Assembly: GCF_009914755.1 (NCBI RefSeq)
Contig: NC_060947.1
DNA length: 64,000 bases
Reading direction: 5' to 3' (one strand)
DNA from: the human T2T-CHM13v2.0 reference genome, Homo sapiens
Shown one piece after another: positions 13,451 through 25,029 of the stretch; position 1 is the stretch's first letter, and the number at the start of each line of letters is the position of its first letter. A program made the position numbers and the translations under genes. The notes below the pieces were generated by a model. It was not told where the DNA came from, ran no database searches, and worked only from the letters and a program-made list of their open reading frames with translations.

Positions 13451-14718
13451 GAAAAAATGATCTAAAATTCATATGGAAATACAAATGACCTCAGATAGCC
13501 AGAGTAAACTTTAGCAAAAAGAATGAAGCTGGAGGCACAGCACTACCTCATTACAAAATATATTACAAAGCAATAGGAATTAAAATAGCATGGTACTGGA
13601 ATAAAAACAGAAGTATAGACTAGTAAAACAGACTAGAGAGACCAGAAATAAATCCACATATCTATACCCAACTGATTTCTAACAAAGGTGTCAAGAAGAC
13701 ACAATGGGTTAAAGACAGACTCTTCAATAGTAGTAGGAAAACTGAATACCTACATGCAGAGGAATGAAATTGGACCCTTATTTCATGCCATATACAAAAA
13801 TCAACTCAAAATGGATTAAAGGCTTAAAGGTAAGACCCCAAACTATGAAACTACTAGAAGAAAGCATAGAGGGAAAGCTCCATTACATTGTTTTGAGCAA
13901 AAACATATTTAGATATCACCTCAAAAGCATGGGCAGCAAAAGCAGAAATAGACAAATGAGATTACATCAAAATAAAAAAAGTTTCTGCACAGCAAAGGAA
14001 ACAATCAACTGGGCAAAAACACAACTGAAGAATGAGAAAACTATTTTCCTAAAGAATGAATACCTTCTAGGTCAGTGAATAAAAGAAAGGCCTTCAATAA
14101 ATGAGAGTAAAACATTTGAAATTCATTATGGTAAGAGATTTAGGAGGGTATTTGAGAAGGCCTAATGAAAAAGCCTTGAAAATGGTGAGAGGAGCTAATA
14201 TGTGAGAACGTTTTATCACATTTGGAGTCTGGGGTAAGGTAAGTGTGGGAGATCAGTCAGAGTGGTGGGAGATCAGTCAGAGTTGTGGGAGAAGGTATAG
14301 GGAAAGGAGCAGGCCTTCTGAAAGATCAGAAGGCTCTGTATAGCTTCAGGAATGAATAAGCTGAAGGCAGCTGTTCTCTTACCCTGAGGCAGAGGGCAAG
14401 GAGTTGGTACAAGGAAGTGTAGGGGAATTTGGCATAAACAGGCTGGTTTACTTATGTTGTCTGGAACCGACCTTTGATCATCAGGGCAGGAGACTGCTCC
14501 CTGAAACTGGGAACAATGTTAATTACCCACAGACTGTGTTGGCTCCAGGCTTTCATTATTTTGTCTGTACTGAATAAAAGCAAGCAGCTCCAACTGTTCG
14601 AGACTGCTCACTCTTCAGCCATTAGGGCAGTCCCTGGCTGCTCTTATACTGCATACCTGTGTCTGAGTACTCCTTTCATCCGTCGCTTGGCCAGGGTCTG
14701 CAGGATGGACCCGGCAGC

Positions 14719-14736
14719 TGGTGCCCTGTGTGAGGA
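14719..14736 (+). other. Primer-binding site complementary to elongator tRNA-Met 3' end
   Basis: TGGTGCCCTGTGTGAGGA vs expected TGGTGCCCCGTGTGAGGA (one CpG-type change), just after the 5' LTR. Confidence 0.85.
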
Positions 14737-14859
14737 ACGCTGCAACGGACTGCGACAGAACCCTTGAAAACGAAGGTGAAGAGACTGTGCAGTCAGTAAG
14801 TCATTGGTGCCCCCTCGGGATTTCCAAGTTCGAGGGAATTTTCAAGCTAGGGTTTCATC

Positions 14860-15282
14860 ATGGGACAACAGTTATCAGCTCAACAGTATATAAAAGTATT
14901 GAAACTGCTGCTTAAAGCTAGCAGAGCCTTGGTTTCACAGGCTCAGTTAAGGGACCTAATGCAAACTGCTGCTTCCCATAACCCATGGTTCCTGGAAGAA
15001 GGCACACTAGATGTAGAGCTCTGGGAACAAGTTGGGGGAAATCATAAACAACATCATGCACAAGGGCAACGGGTCCCAGTAACATCTTTAACATTATGGG
15101 CCTTAGTCAGGGCTGCTTTGGCCCCTCTCTGCACAGAAGAGCCTAAAAAGGGAAGGGAGGAGGAGGAACCATCACCTACCTTACCGCCTCCTCCTCCTCC
15201 CTCAGCCCCACTATTACCAGGTAAAGCTGCCAGAGAGGAGACACAGATTTTCCCTGAGCACCCCCCGCCCCCACCCCAATAA
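14860..15282 (+). pseudogene. gag: ERV gag fragment (matrix plus proline-rich region)
   Basis: MGQQLSAQQYIKVLKLLLKAS... with myristoylation Gly, betaretroviral matrix WFLEEGTLD, premature stop. Confidence 0.85.
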
Positions 15283-15517
15283 ATTGCAAAAAAGACAAAG
15301 GATACACTACAGTCCTAGGCAAGTGGCATTAGAAGGGGAACTCTTGGCCTGCCCGGTGATGCAAGATCAACAAGGCAACTGGGTACGTGAATCCATTAGT
15401 TTCAACACTTATAAAGAAATAACAAAAAAGCATTAGAGAAAACAGAGCCGCTAGCCCTTTTACACGAGGATTAATCGAGGCCATAGCAAACAACTTCCAT
15501 ATGGCCCCTTTCTAATA

Positions 15518-16600
15518 ATGGCCACTGTTGTTATTCTTCCCCGACCCCTGACATGGCTCTTTCAAGATCCTATTTGGGTTGAACAGTGGCCTTTAAAGGG
15601 AGAGAAATCACAAACAGCCCATGAATTAGTTGAAGAACAATTAAAAGCCAGCCATATAGAACCGTCAAACGGCCCTTGGAATCACTCATTTTCATCATTC
15701 CCAAAAGGTCTGCTAGATGGAAACTTTTGCATGACTTACCTGCCATCAATGCTAATTTGCAACCTATGGGGCCCCTTCAACAGGGGATCCCTTCCCCCAT
15801 GGTGATTCCTCAAGGTTGGCCCATATTGACTCAAAAGACTGTTTTATTGACTTTAAAGACTGCTTTTACACTATTCCCCTTGCAAAACAGGACAGAGAAA
15901 AATTTGCATTTACAATACCAGCTATCATTAATGAAAGGCCAGCTCAGAGGCATGTCCCCTCCATCAACACGTGTTAACCCTAGAGGACTAGAACCTAATC
16001 AGTTATGGCAAACAGACGTTACGCACATCCCTGAATTTGGAAAACTAAAATATGTACATATATCCATTGATACCAATTCCCACCTAATTAGCACTCATGC
16101 TCTTCCCGGAGAGTTTGCCCAGTATGTCATTAAACATATTCTCTTAAGTTTTGCGTTTATGGGGCGGCCCACAAAAGTTAAAACTACTAATGGTCCAGCT
16201 TACACCAGCTCACAATTTCACCAATTTTGTCACACATGGATGTCCAATATGTGACATCCACAGGCATCCCGTACAAATCCCAAGGACAAGTCATAGTAGA
16301 ACATGCCCATTCCACCCTTAAAAATATGCTCAGAAAACAAGGGGGAATATGAGTAAGGATGCTGCAACACTACTAGCATAAGCCTTATTTACCCTTAATT
16401 TTTTTAATTTAGATAAATGTCAATCAGCCATAGAAAAGCATTTTGCAAAAGCCCCTCAAGACATAAAACCCATGGTTTTATGGAAAGAAGTTAATAGTAA
16501 TCTATGGTGTGGTCCAAATGATTTGCTGACCTGGGGAAGAGAATATGCTTGTGTTCACACGCCCTCAGGTCCTCTTTGTATTCCAGTGTGACAGACACAT
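15518..16600 (+). pseudogene. pol: ERV pol remnants (RT N-terminus joined by deletion to integrase core)
   Basis: PIWVEQWPL and WKLLHDLPAINA (RT); NPRGLEPNQLWQTDVTH...HISIDT (integrase); frameshifted. Confidence 0.85.
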
Positions 16601-18020
16601 CAAACCATACCATGGCGTGGCTAAGACCCAAGCTGGTATCAAAAATAAAGGAAACGACGCTGCAGGACCCGCAGCCCCAGACGATGTGGCTTCCTCCGAT
16701 GACACAGGCCCCAGACATTACCTGGGGGAAGCTGAAGAAGACAACTCAGGAGGCCGAGTGAATCCTTCTCTGGACACAGACACCATCACTCCAGATAATC
16801 TGTTCCTTGCTATGCTCTCTATTGTACCTTGCAACTCTCATAGGGTATTCACCTTTCTTATTCTCTCACTTTGCCTGCAACTCATACCTGCTACATTCTA
16901 TTGGGCCCATCTTCTAAGATCTGCCTTTCTTCCAACCTGTTACCTTGGCAGACACCCCCTTCCCATCCTCTAATAATGTAACTGCTTAGCTGGGAGGGGT
17001 TGACATGCCCCCAGTGGGGTTCCTTAATAATGGCACACATTGAACTGAGGTGCCAAGTAACACTACATATCTCTCCTTGATTGGAAAAGAATAATAGTGA
17101 CTATACTAATGTTTGACTTATGTTATTTACTAATTCTAGGATGCAAAGCCGGAACACGAGCTGTAACCGCTGCGCCTGTCAAATCTGTCACTGCACACAT
17201 CTGTACTATTCAATCAACAAAACCCGATGCTAAAAACAGAAAAGGGGGAGACGCGGGAGATCGGTCAGAGTGGTAGGAGAAGGTATAGGGAAAGGAACAG
17301 ACCTTCTGAAAGGCGGGAAGGCTCTGGATAGCTTCAGGGATGAATAAGCTGAAGGCAGCTGTTCTCTTACCCTGAGGCAGAGGGCAAGGGGTAGGTAAGG
17401 AAGTATAGGGGAATTTGGCATAAACAGGCTTGTTTACTTACATTGTCCGGAAACCGACTTTGATCATCAGGGCAGGAGACTGCTCCCTGAAAGGGGGAAT
17501 AATAATGTTAATTACCCACAGATTGTGTTGGCTCCAGGCTTTCATTATTTTGTCTGTACTGAATAAAAGCAAGCAGCTCCAGCTGTTCGAGACTGCTCAC
17601 TCTTCAGCCATTAGTGCTGGGCATTCCTGTAGCTGCTCTTACACTGCATGCCTGTGGCTGAGTACTCCTTTCATCCGTTGCTTGGCCAGGGTCTGTGGGA
17701 TGGACCCCGCAGGTAAGGGTTATCAAAAAAAAAAAAAATTCACAGGCAGATAGGAACACCATGACCATACTAAAAGGCTTTTTTCCCATTTTAGTCTTGC
17801 AAGTTTGTAAAGAAGGATATGAAGCCCCTAAGAAATCAGTGAAACACTTTTTCCCAAAACCTTTATTTCCTATGTCTTGTCTTCAGAAGTTTATCTAGAA
17901 ACTCCCCAGCTAGTTTAGTATTGAGGAGGGTACCAGATGGACTATCTATGTGCTAAGAAAAGCATACCACTGCATGCAACTAAATATCTGCAATATCATT
18001 GCATATGTAGTACATGTCAT

Positions 18021-18094
18021 GTGTTACTCCACTCTTAGAGGTTTCAATCACACCTAATTACATGTGATTGCCACTCTCCTGAGTAGGACACCAC
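18021..18094 (-). ncRNA. MIR510: pre-mir-510
   Basis: 5p UACUCAGGAGAGUGGCAAUCAC and 3p AUUGAAACCUCUAAGAGUGGA match recalled hsa-miR-510 arms; 74-nt hairpin. Confidence 0.95.
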
Positions 18095-19799
18095 ACACAT
18101 ACACAGCATTCCTGAAAATGGGAGCACAGCCTAAATACTTAATCACACACTTTTCAAACAACCTCTCAAATGTTTTCAGTCTGTAAGTGGCCGTTGGCAT
18201 TTATGTAAATGATTCCTGAAGAACCTACATCATTTTTTATTCACTCATTCCCCCTTGAGTGTTGTCCACTCATGGTTTGGAGTTTTCACATGGCAGTTTT
18301 CAGGACTAAGAACCTTCCTGCTAGGCTCTCCTGCTAACGGGAAAAATCTCATTCGATGCCTTATTCTATTTCTTTTCCCATTGTTTTATATAAAGTATTA
18401 ATGAGTAGATTGCATTCCCCAGATTCAGTAGCTACCCAGACACTACACTCTATCTCACCAATCTGTGCCTATCATCCAAAGATCTGAGTTCTTCTACCTG
18501 AGTTCCTTACTACAACTCCTCACTACAGAATAAGCAAGGACATCACACAGGATCCTGGAAGCAAAGAAGAGAGAATAATCAGTGAGTGGTAAGATGGAGA
18601 GAGTAGAATTTCTTTTATCCTCATCAAATTTTGAAGTGAAAAAAAAAATCCCATTTTACTTACCAGGAGTGATCTACAAAACAGAAATTGTGCTAGGCAC
18701 CCAGACACTCTTAGAGATTTTTCAGTTTCTGGGTTTTCTTCGTCTTTTCTGGGAGCAAGGTTCTTTTTAGCATGTGTTTGCATTTTTCCAATCTGAGACA
18801 CATGCTACTAGGTGACTGTGTTTCCCTGCAAAACTAAAATTAGCACACACAAAAATATGGACACAATTTTGGTGACTGGATTTCAGAGACTGAGAACTGA
18901 GAATTTAAAGTGACTGTGGCTTACAAAATTACCTGTTCCCCTATCTCCTAATCAAGAGCAACAATATACTTGTGGGTTTAAGAAGCCTCCAGAATTTCTC
19001 ATCCACTCCACAAACCCAGTTTAGTGTTTCAGAGGCTAAATACTAGGCATGTGAGGTTAGAGGTCAGGGGCCTGCTACTATAGCCATTCTTCATCACAGG
19101 GTTTAGGCTCTATACCAGGTGCAGCCGGCGGAGATAATTGAGTACGTAATACTCCTCATCTCAGCTTAATCATCAGGGGGAGCTTCCACTTTGGGTGAGG
19201 CAAACCAGAACACTAGAATCCACTGCTATCACTCATCACCCTGGTTGTAAAGCAGGGGTGTCAGTGTACAAGAAGCAGGACACTGCCTTATTCTCAGCTT
19301 GGGGCAACTGCTCAGGGATTTGTCCATTGAGAGAGGCTAGCCCTAAGAGAAAAAGCATTAAAGCTTTCCTTCTCAAAAGAAAATGACTTCAGTTGTAACA
19401 GAAGACAAGAAAGGTCTCACAAATAATGTAGACTGTGGTGCCAAGTAATTAGGATGGAACTGGAATCAGGAAACAGACAGCTAATAAGAGCCTTTCTGGT
19501 AGGAGAATAGCCTTTAGAGACCTGCCCCAAAAATTATCTGCAAAGTATTTGGATAAGACTCTAAAGCAATTTTTGCCCATGGTATTCTCAAAAGCTACAA
19601 AATAATCCACCTGCAAACACTGAAGCTTATTACCTGTGTGTGATACCGCAGAGGCAGGCAGCTTAACAGAAAGAGCAGCAAAAGAACAAAGAACTCTACT
19701 AAAATCACGACAGTTTAGAGTGACTGTGTACATATCCAAAGTTATACCTTGCAAGGAACAACATTAGGTTTTCACAATAAAAAGAATATAGATTTTACT

Positions 19800-21700
19800 A
19801 AAACAGCACAGCCAAGTAAATCAACAAATAAAAAAATCAGACAACAACAATCCCCAGAAGCAAGATCTGCATCCAAAACTTCTATAATATATTAATAAAA
19901 TATCCAGTTCTCAACTGGACATTCTCAGACATACAGAGAAAATAAAAATATAACACACAGGACAAAAGTAGATTACAGAAAATGCTGGCAACAGAGCCTA
20001 ATGTTATACTTAACAACAACCTTAAAGCATCCACTGTAAGTATTTTCAAAACACTAAACAAATGGTGCTTGGAAGAGTAAAGGCAGCTATGTTGACAATG
20101 CCTCATCAAAAGAGTCTATCAATAAAGAGGTAGAAATATTTAAAGAAAAGGAATTTATGGAGTATAAAAGTAAAATAATTGAAGTGAAAAATTCACTAGA
20201 AGGACTCAGGAGAAAAAAGAATCAGTGAACTTTAAGATACCTTGAAAGTGATAATTCTATAAAAATAAAAGAATAAAATGAGTGAAGAAAATGAACAGTG
20301 CCTCAGAGAAAGGCAGAACACCAGCATGCACATCAAAATACGCATATTAAGGTAGCAGAAGTGAAAGATAGAAAGGAGCAAAAAAGTATTTTTTAAAAAT
20401 GGCTGTGAATATCTAAATTTGATGAAAAACATTTTTTATTATACCTAAGAAGTGCAAAACACTACAGGTAGCATAAACAAAAGAAATCCAAGCTGAGAGA
20501 CATATCTACTTTTTGGTGACAAAAAAAGAGAATATTGAAATCTACTAGAAAAAATAAACTTAATGCATACAAGGGATCCTCTACAATATATTTCGCTGAC
20601 TTTTCATTAGAAACCATAGAGGCCGGAAGACACTGGAATAACATTTATAGTGCTAAAAGGAAAACAGTCAACCAAGAATCACGTACCTAAATTTAGACAC
20701 TCTAAGATATGGCATTAAAATGTAAACCATAAAATAACAAATGGTGAATCATCCTTTATGAAAATACAAAAAAAAAAAAGTTTGCTCTGTACAACACATG
20801 GTTAAGGGAATGCAAAAGTAAACCACAGACTAAGAAAAAATATTTGAAAATCACATATCTGGGCCGGGGACGGTGGCTCATGCCTGTAATCCCAGCACGT
20901 TGGGAAGCCAAGGCAGGCGGATCATGAGGTCAGGAGATTGAGACCATCCTGGCCAACATGGTGAAACCCTGTCTCTACTAAAAATACAAAAAATTAGCTG
21001 GGCATGGTGGCACACGCCTGTAATCCCAGCTAGTCAGGAGGCTGAGGCAGGAGACTCACTTGAACCAGGGAGTCAGAGGCTGCAGTGAGCCGAGATCGTG
21101 CCACTGCACTCCAGCCTGGTGACAGAGTGAGACTCCGTCTCAAAAAAAAACAGAAAAAAAGAAAGAAAGAAAAAAAATCACATATCTGACAAATAAATTG
21201 AATTCAGAATGCATAAAAACTCTCCCAACTCAATAAATATGGGGAAAATACCTTAACAGACAATTCAACAAAGCAGATATATGAATGGCAAATAAGTATA
21301 TGAAGAGATGCTTAACATTTCGTCAACAAAGAGATGCAAGCTGAAACTATATTGACAAAACACACGTATTAGAATAGCCTATAAAAATAAAAACACTCAA
21401 AAACCATGCTCATACCAAGTGCAGATAAGTATTTGGGTAAGTGGATCACTGATACATTGTTCATGACAGTACAACATAGTAATTAATGCCATTCTTGAAG
21501 AGTTTTTTTCTATTTCTCTTAAATTTAACTTAGAGTTAACATACTTAACATAAATCCCACTTTGAGCTATTAACACAAAATAAAACTTGTGTTTGCACAT
21601 ATATCTGTATGCAAACATATACCCTAGCATTATTCATAATCACTAACAATTGGAAACAACCCAGATGTCCTTCACTTATGACTAATATTCTATTCAGTAA
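19800..21700 (+). mobile_element. Ancient L1M fragments of the ancestral unit
   Basis: Paralogous to 10800-12235 including the junction at ~20610-20720. Confidence 0.6.
20862..21172 (+). mobile_element. Alu (AluS-like)
   Basis: Full dimer; TSD AAAATCACATATCTG. Confidence 0.93.
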
Positions 21701-22526
21701 TAAAAATAAGCAGGCTATTGATTCTCTTCCTGACTCCTCCCTCTGTTTTTCTGTCTTTCTCTATGCCCTTCTCCCTCTATGTATGTCTCTCTGTCTCTGT
21801 TTGACTCCATCTCTCTCTCACCTCACTGCATTAGGAAGGGACACCAAAAGGAAAATATAACTACATCCCTTTTTTTAAAAAAAAGTGACAAAATCAAAGA
21901 GTATAAATTTCTCAGTGTGATACACAAACTGTAATAAATTGGTAATTTTCATTATATTCAAGCATGCTTTCAAAAGAATGAGCATTTTCCAGGTCCCTGA
22001 AAAAGCCCAATAAAAGACACTGGGCTTCAAGCAGATTAGGACCTGGGAAGCAGGAAGGAATTTGGGAAGAACCATGGAGAAGCTTTGAAGATAATGAGGG
22101 CAACTGAAAAGTGAGAATGGGTTAACAGACCTGGATGTAGGGGCAGGAAATAGGTTGTGCAAAATTAATCATCCTCTTTATGAAGAGAAGAATCACATAA
22201 CCACACTGAAAGACTGTTCCTATTTTAGTCAGGCAATTTTGGAAAAATGTGTACAAATCCCAGGGGGGGAAATAAAAACAAACAAAAAAAACAAGCAAAA
22301 CAACAACAACAACAAACCTCAACAGGAGAATTTTTTCTCAGTTTCTTGTAGTCCTCAGACTTGCCTCAGAGAATTCACTTAATTGGTTTATCTAAAGTAG
22401 ACCAGCAAGAGGGACAGAGAGGTATACGGGGTGGCATATATGTACTCTAGGGAAACCATCTCTCTGCATGCAACTAAATACCTCTAAATTCACCCACAGT
22501 GTCATCACATATGTTGTACATGATGT

Positions 22527-22600
22527 GTGTTACTCCACTTGTAGAGGTGTCAATCATATTTAATTATGCATGATTATCACTGTCTGGAGCAAGGTACCAT
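22527..22600 (-). ncRNA. mir-514-like hairpin (MIR-506 family paralog, apparently unannotated; possibly pseudogenised)
   Basis: Minus strand reads AUGGUACCU-UGCUCCAGACAGUGAUAAUCAUG-CAUAAUUAAAUAUG-AUUGACACCUCUACAAGUGGA-GUAACAC; 3p seed equals that of miR-514a-3p. Confidence 0.55.
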
Positions 22601-22893
22601 ACACAGCATTTCACTATCAGTATTGAAAATATTTGCTCTGTAAATAAAGACAAACTTGAGAGAATTCAAACAAGAAATTAGAGACTGGGAGAAAATATAT
22701 ACAAATCACATTTCTGCCAAAGGATTTGTAATCAGAATACACAATAAACAAAAAATTCCACAATAAGAAATCAAAAAATCCAATAAAATAAAATAAAAAA
22801 TCTCAATAGACACTTAATCATAGAAGACTGTGGATGGCCAATAAGCACATGAAAAATTGATCAACATCATTAGTCAATTAAAAAAATGCAAGT

Positions 22894-23022
22894 AGCATTA
22901 GGAGATATACCTAATGTTAAATGGTGAGTTAATGGGTGCAGCACACCAACATGGCACATGTATACATATGTAACAAACCTGCATGTTGTGCACATGTACC
23001 CTAAAACTTAAAGTATAATTAA
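22894..23022 (+). mobile_element. 5'-truncated L1PA 3' end
   Basis: L1PA 3'UTR gcacatgtaccctaaaacttaaagtataa; TSD AAAAAATGCAAGT. Confidence 0.9.
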
Positions 23023-24931
23023 AAAATGCAAGTTTGAACAACAATATAATAAGTCAATAAGCCATAGAGAATGGTTATGAATATTTGTCAATACCAAGTT
23101 TTGGTGATGATTTGGGCAACTGTAACTATGATGCATTGTTCACAGAAACACAATATGTAAAGCCATTCTGGAAAATAGTCTTCTTAGGTTTCTTAAAAAA
23201 ATCAATTTAAACAAACTTTTCATAGACCTAGCAATCCCACTCTAGCTATTTATAAATGTGAAATGAAACTTGTCTTCTCACATACGTCTGTATGCAAACT
23301 TTACAGTAGCTTTATGCATAATCACCAACAACTGGAAACAACTCATTTCATTCACATTTGACTGTAATACTACTTAGCAATTACAACAGAATATTAGTTC
23401 CTACAGAAACATGGATGAATTTTGAATGCATTTTAAGTGAAAGGAACCAGACCAAAGACCAACATAGCATGAGACTGCAATTATGCAGTCTGGAAAAAGA
23501 CAGACTATAAAGGTGGAAAACAGAGCAGTGGTTACCAGATGTTAGGCTGGGCTGGGGATTTACTACCCAAAAGGCAGAATGAGGTAATTTTGGGGGCAAT
23601 GTAACTTTTCTCTATCATGATCATAGTAATAGATACAGAACTACAAGTATTTTTTTAAAACCCATAGAACACCCCACCACCATTGAAGAGTCTTATTTTT
23701 TTTAAATGCTTATTTCTCACAATCAGTGTCCCAAGAACAGAATTCTCTCTCTGACACACTCTGGAATTCAGGGAGAGCATCAGGGCATGGGACATTTTAT
23801 GTCCTAGATGTTTTAAAGATCAGAGAAATCAACAGCAACTAAATGAAAAAACACATTTTAAAAATTTCACCAAAAGCCATACATAAAACATCCAAAAACC
23901 TTGTGTCCCCAATAACACATAGCAAAAAATAAATCAGAAGACAATAAATGAAAGAAAACAACACAAAATCTGATCACAATTAATGAACTGTGATCAGAAG
24001 ATATTTGCGGTGTGGCCATGATAAGAAATAAAAGAGACATTTCTCCTGTCTTGGTAAGTAAATGTTCACAAAGGATTGAAGTATGGTGATACATATGCCT
24101 TATTGATGCAGACAAAATATCACAAAGAGCCATTTCCAACTCAACTCCCTGATCAGAATTAAAGGAAAAACACACCAGCTTATTTTCTTTTGTCCAACAC
24201 AAAGAAGTAAGATTTGTGTCTTGCTCCTTAGACACTTTTCCAGTCCAGCTGACAGCACCCAAGCCTATGGTACTTAGCATCCCCAACTCTCTCTGTAGAA
24301 AACCAAAAGATATCGAACTTTTTGTGAAGAAACAAATAAAATTATATCAAACAGCAAAATTATTTGGGTACTACGCATAAGCCCTAATAAACTGATGACT
24401 TGTAGAGGATTCAAAGATATTTTCAAAAGAACTACCATCTGTTGGGCCCACGAAGAAAGCAGATTCAACATCAGAAAGTCAAAAAACTGAGCTTCAGCAG
24501 AGTAGATAACTTAAAAGTGGGAGGCCATTTGGAGAGGGCTAAAGGAGAAGACTTTAAAATCATGAGGGGAACTGTTATGGGAGAACAGGTTAAAGGATTT
24601 GAGGGATAACATAGGCAAAAGCTTTTACAAAAAGAAAAAGAAAAAGAAAAAGAAAAACAAAAACAAAAATCTACCACAAAGGCAACGAGGCACACTGTCA
24701 TCACACTGAAAGTCTTTTTCTCATTTCCATCAAGCAACTTGGGAAAAGGAATATGACTCACAGAAGAACCATGGGAGTTCCTAGGACTTGCCTCTGAAAG
24801 GCACTTAAGAGGCTTCCCTTGAGGGAGGCCAGCACTAGGGGTTTGAAGAGGTATTATACGTGCATTTTAGAGAAAGCTTCCCTCTGTGTACAATAAAACA
24901 CCCTCAATGCACCCACAGTGCCATTGTCTGT

Positions 24932-25029
24932 CGTACGTGTCATGCGTTACTCTACTCACAGAAGTGTCAATCAAATTTAATTATACATGATTGTCACTCT
25001 CCAGAGTAGGGTACCACAGACAACATGTT
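24932..25029 (-). ncRNA. MIR514A1: pre-mir-514a, copy 1
   Basis: 3p AUUGACACUUCUGUGAGUAGA (24951-24971); 5p UACUCUGGAGAGUGACAAUCAUG (24986-25008); loop AAUUAAAUUU as recalled for 514a-1. Confidence 0.95.

Larger units (their letters stand above)
12245..14040. mobile_element. L1MA-type element with 5' inversion: 3' end on minus (12245-12655), ORF2 segment on plus (12655-14040), interrupted by two Alus
   Basis: Poly(T) plus reverse L1 3'UTR abuts forward ORF2; ORF 13764 MKLDPYFMPYTKINSKWIK is L1 ORF2p-like. Confidence 0.75.
14244..17711 (+). mobile_element. Internally deleted HERV-K(HML-5)/LTR22 provirus; LTRs 14244-14716 and 17252-17711
   Basis: Paired LTRs; 6-bp TSD GGTAAG; PBS TGGTGCCCTGTGTGAGGA (tRNA-Met); polypurine tract AGAAAAGGGGGAGA; betaretroviral gag, RT, IN and env remnants. 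Confidence 0.9.
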
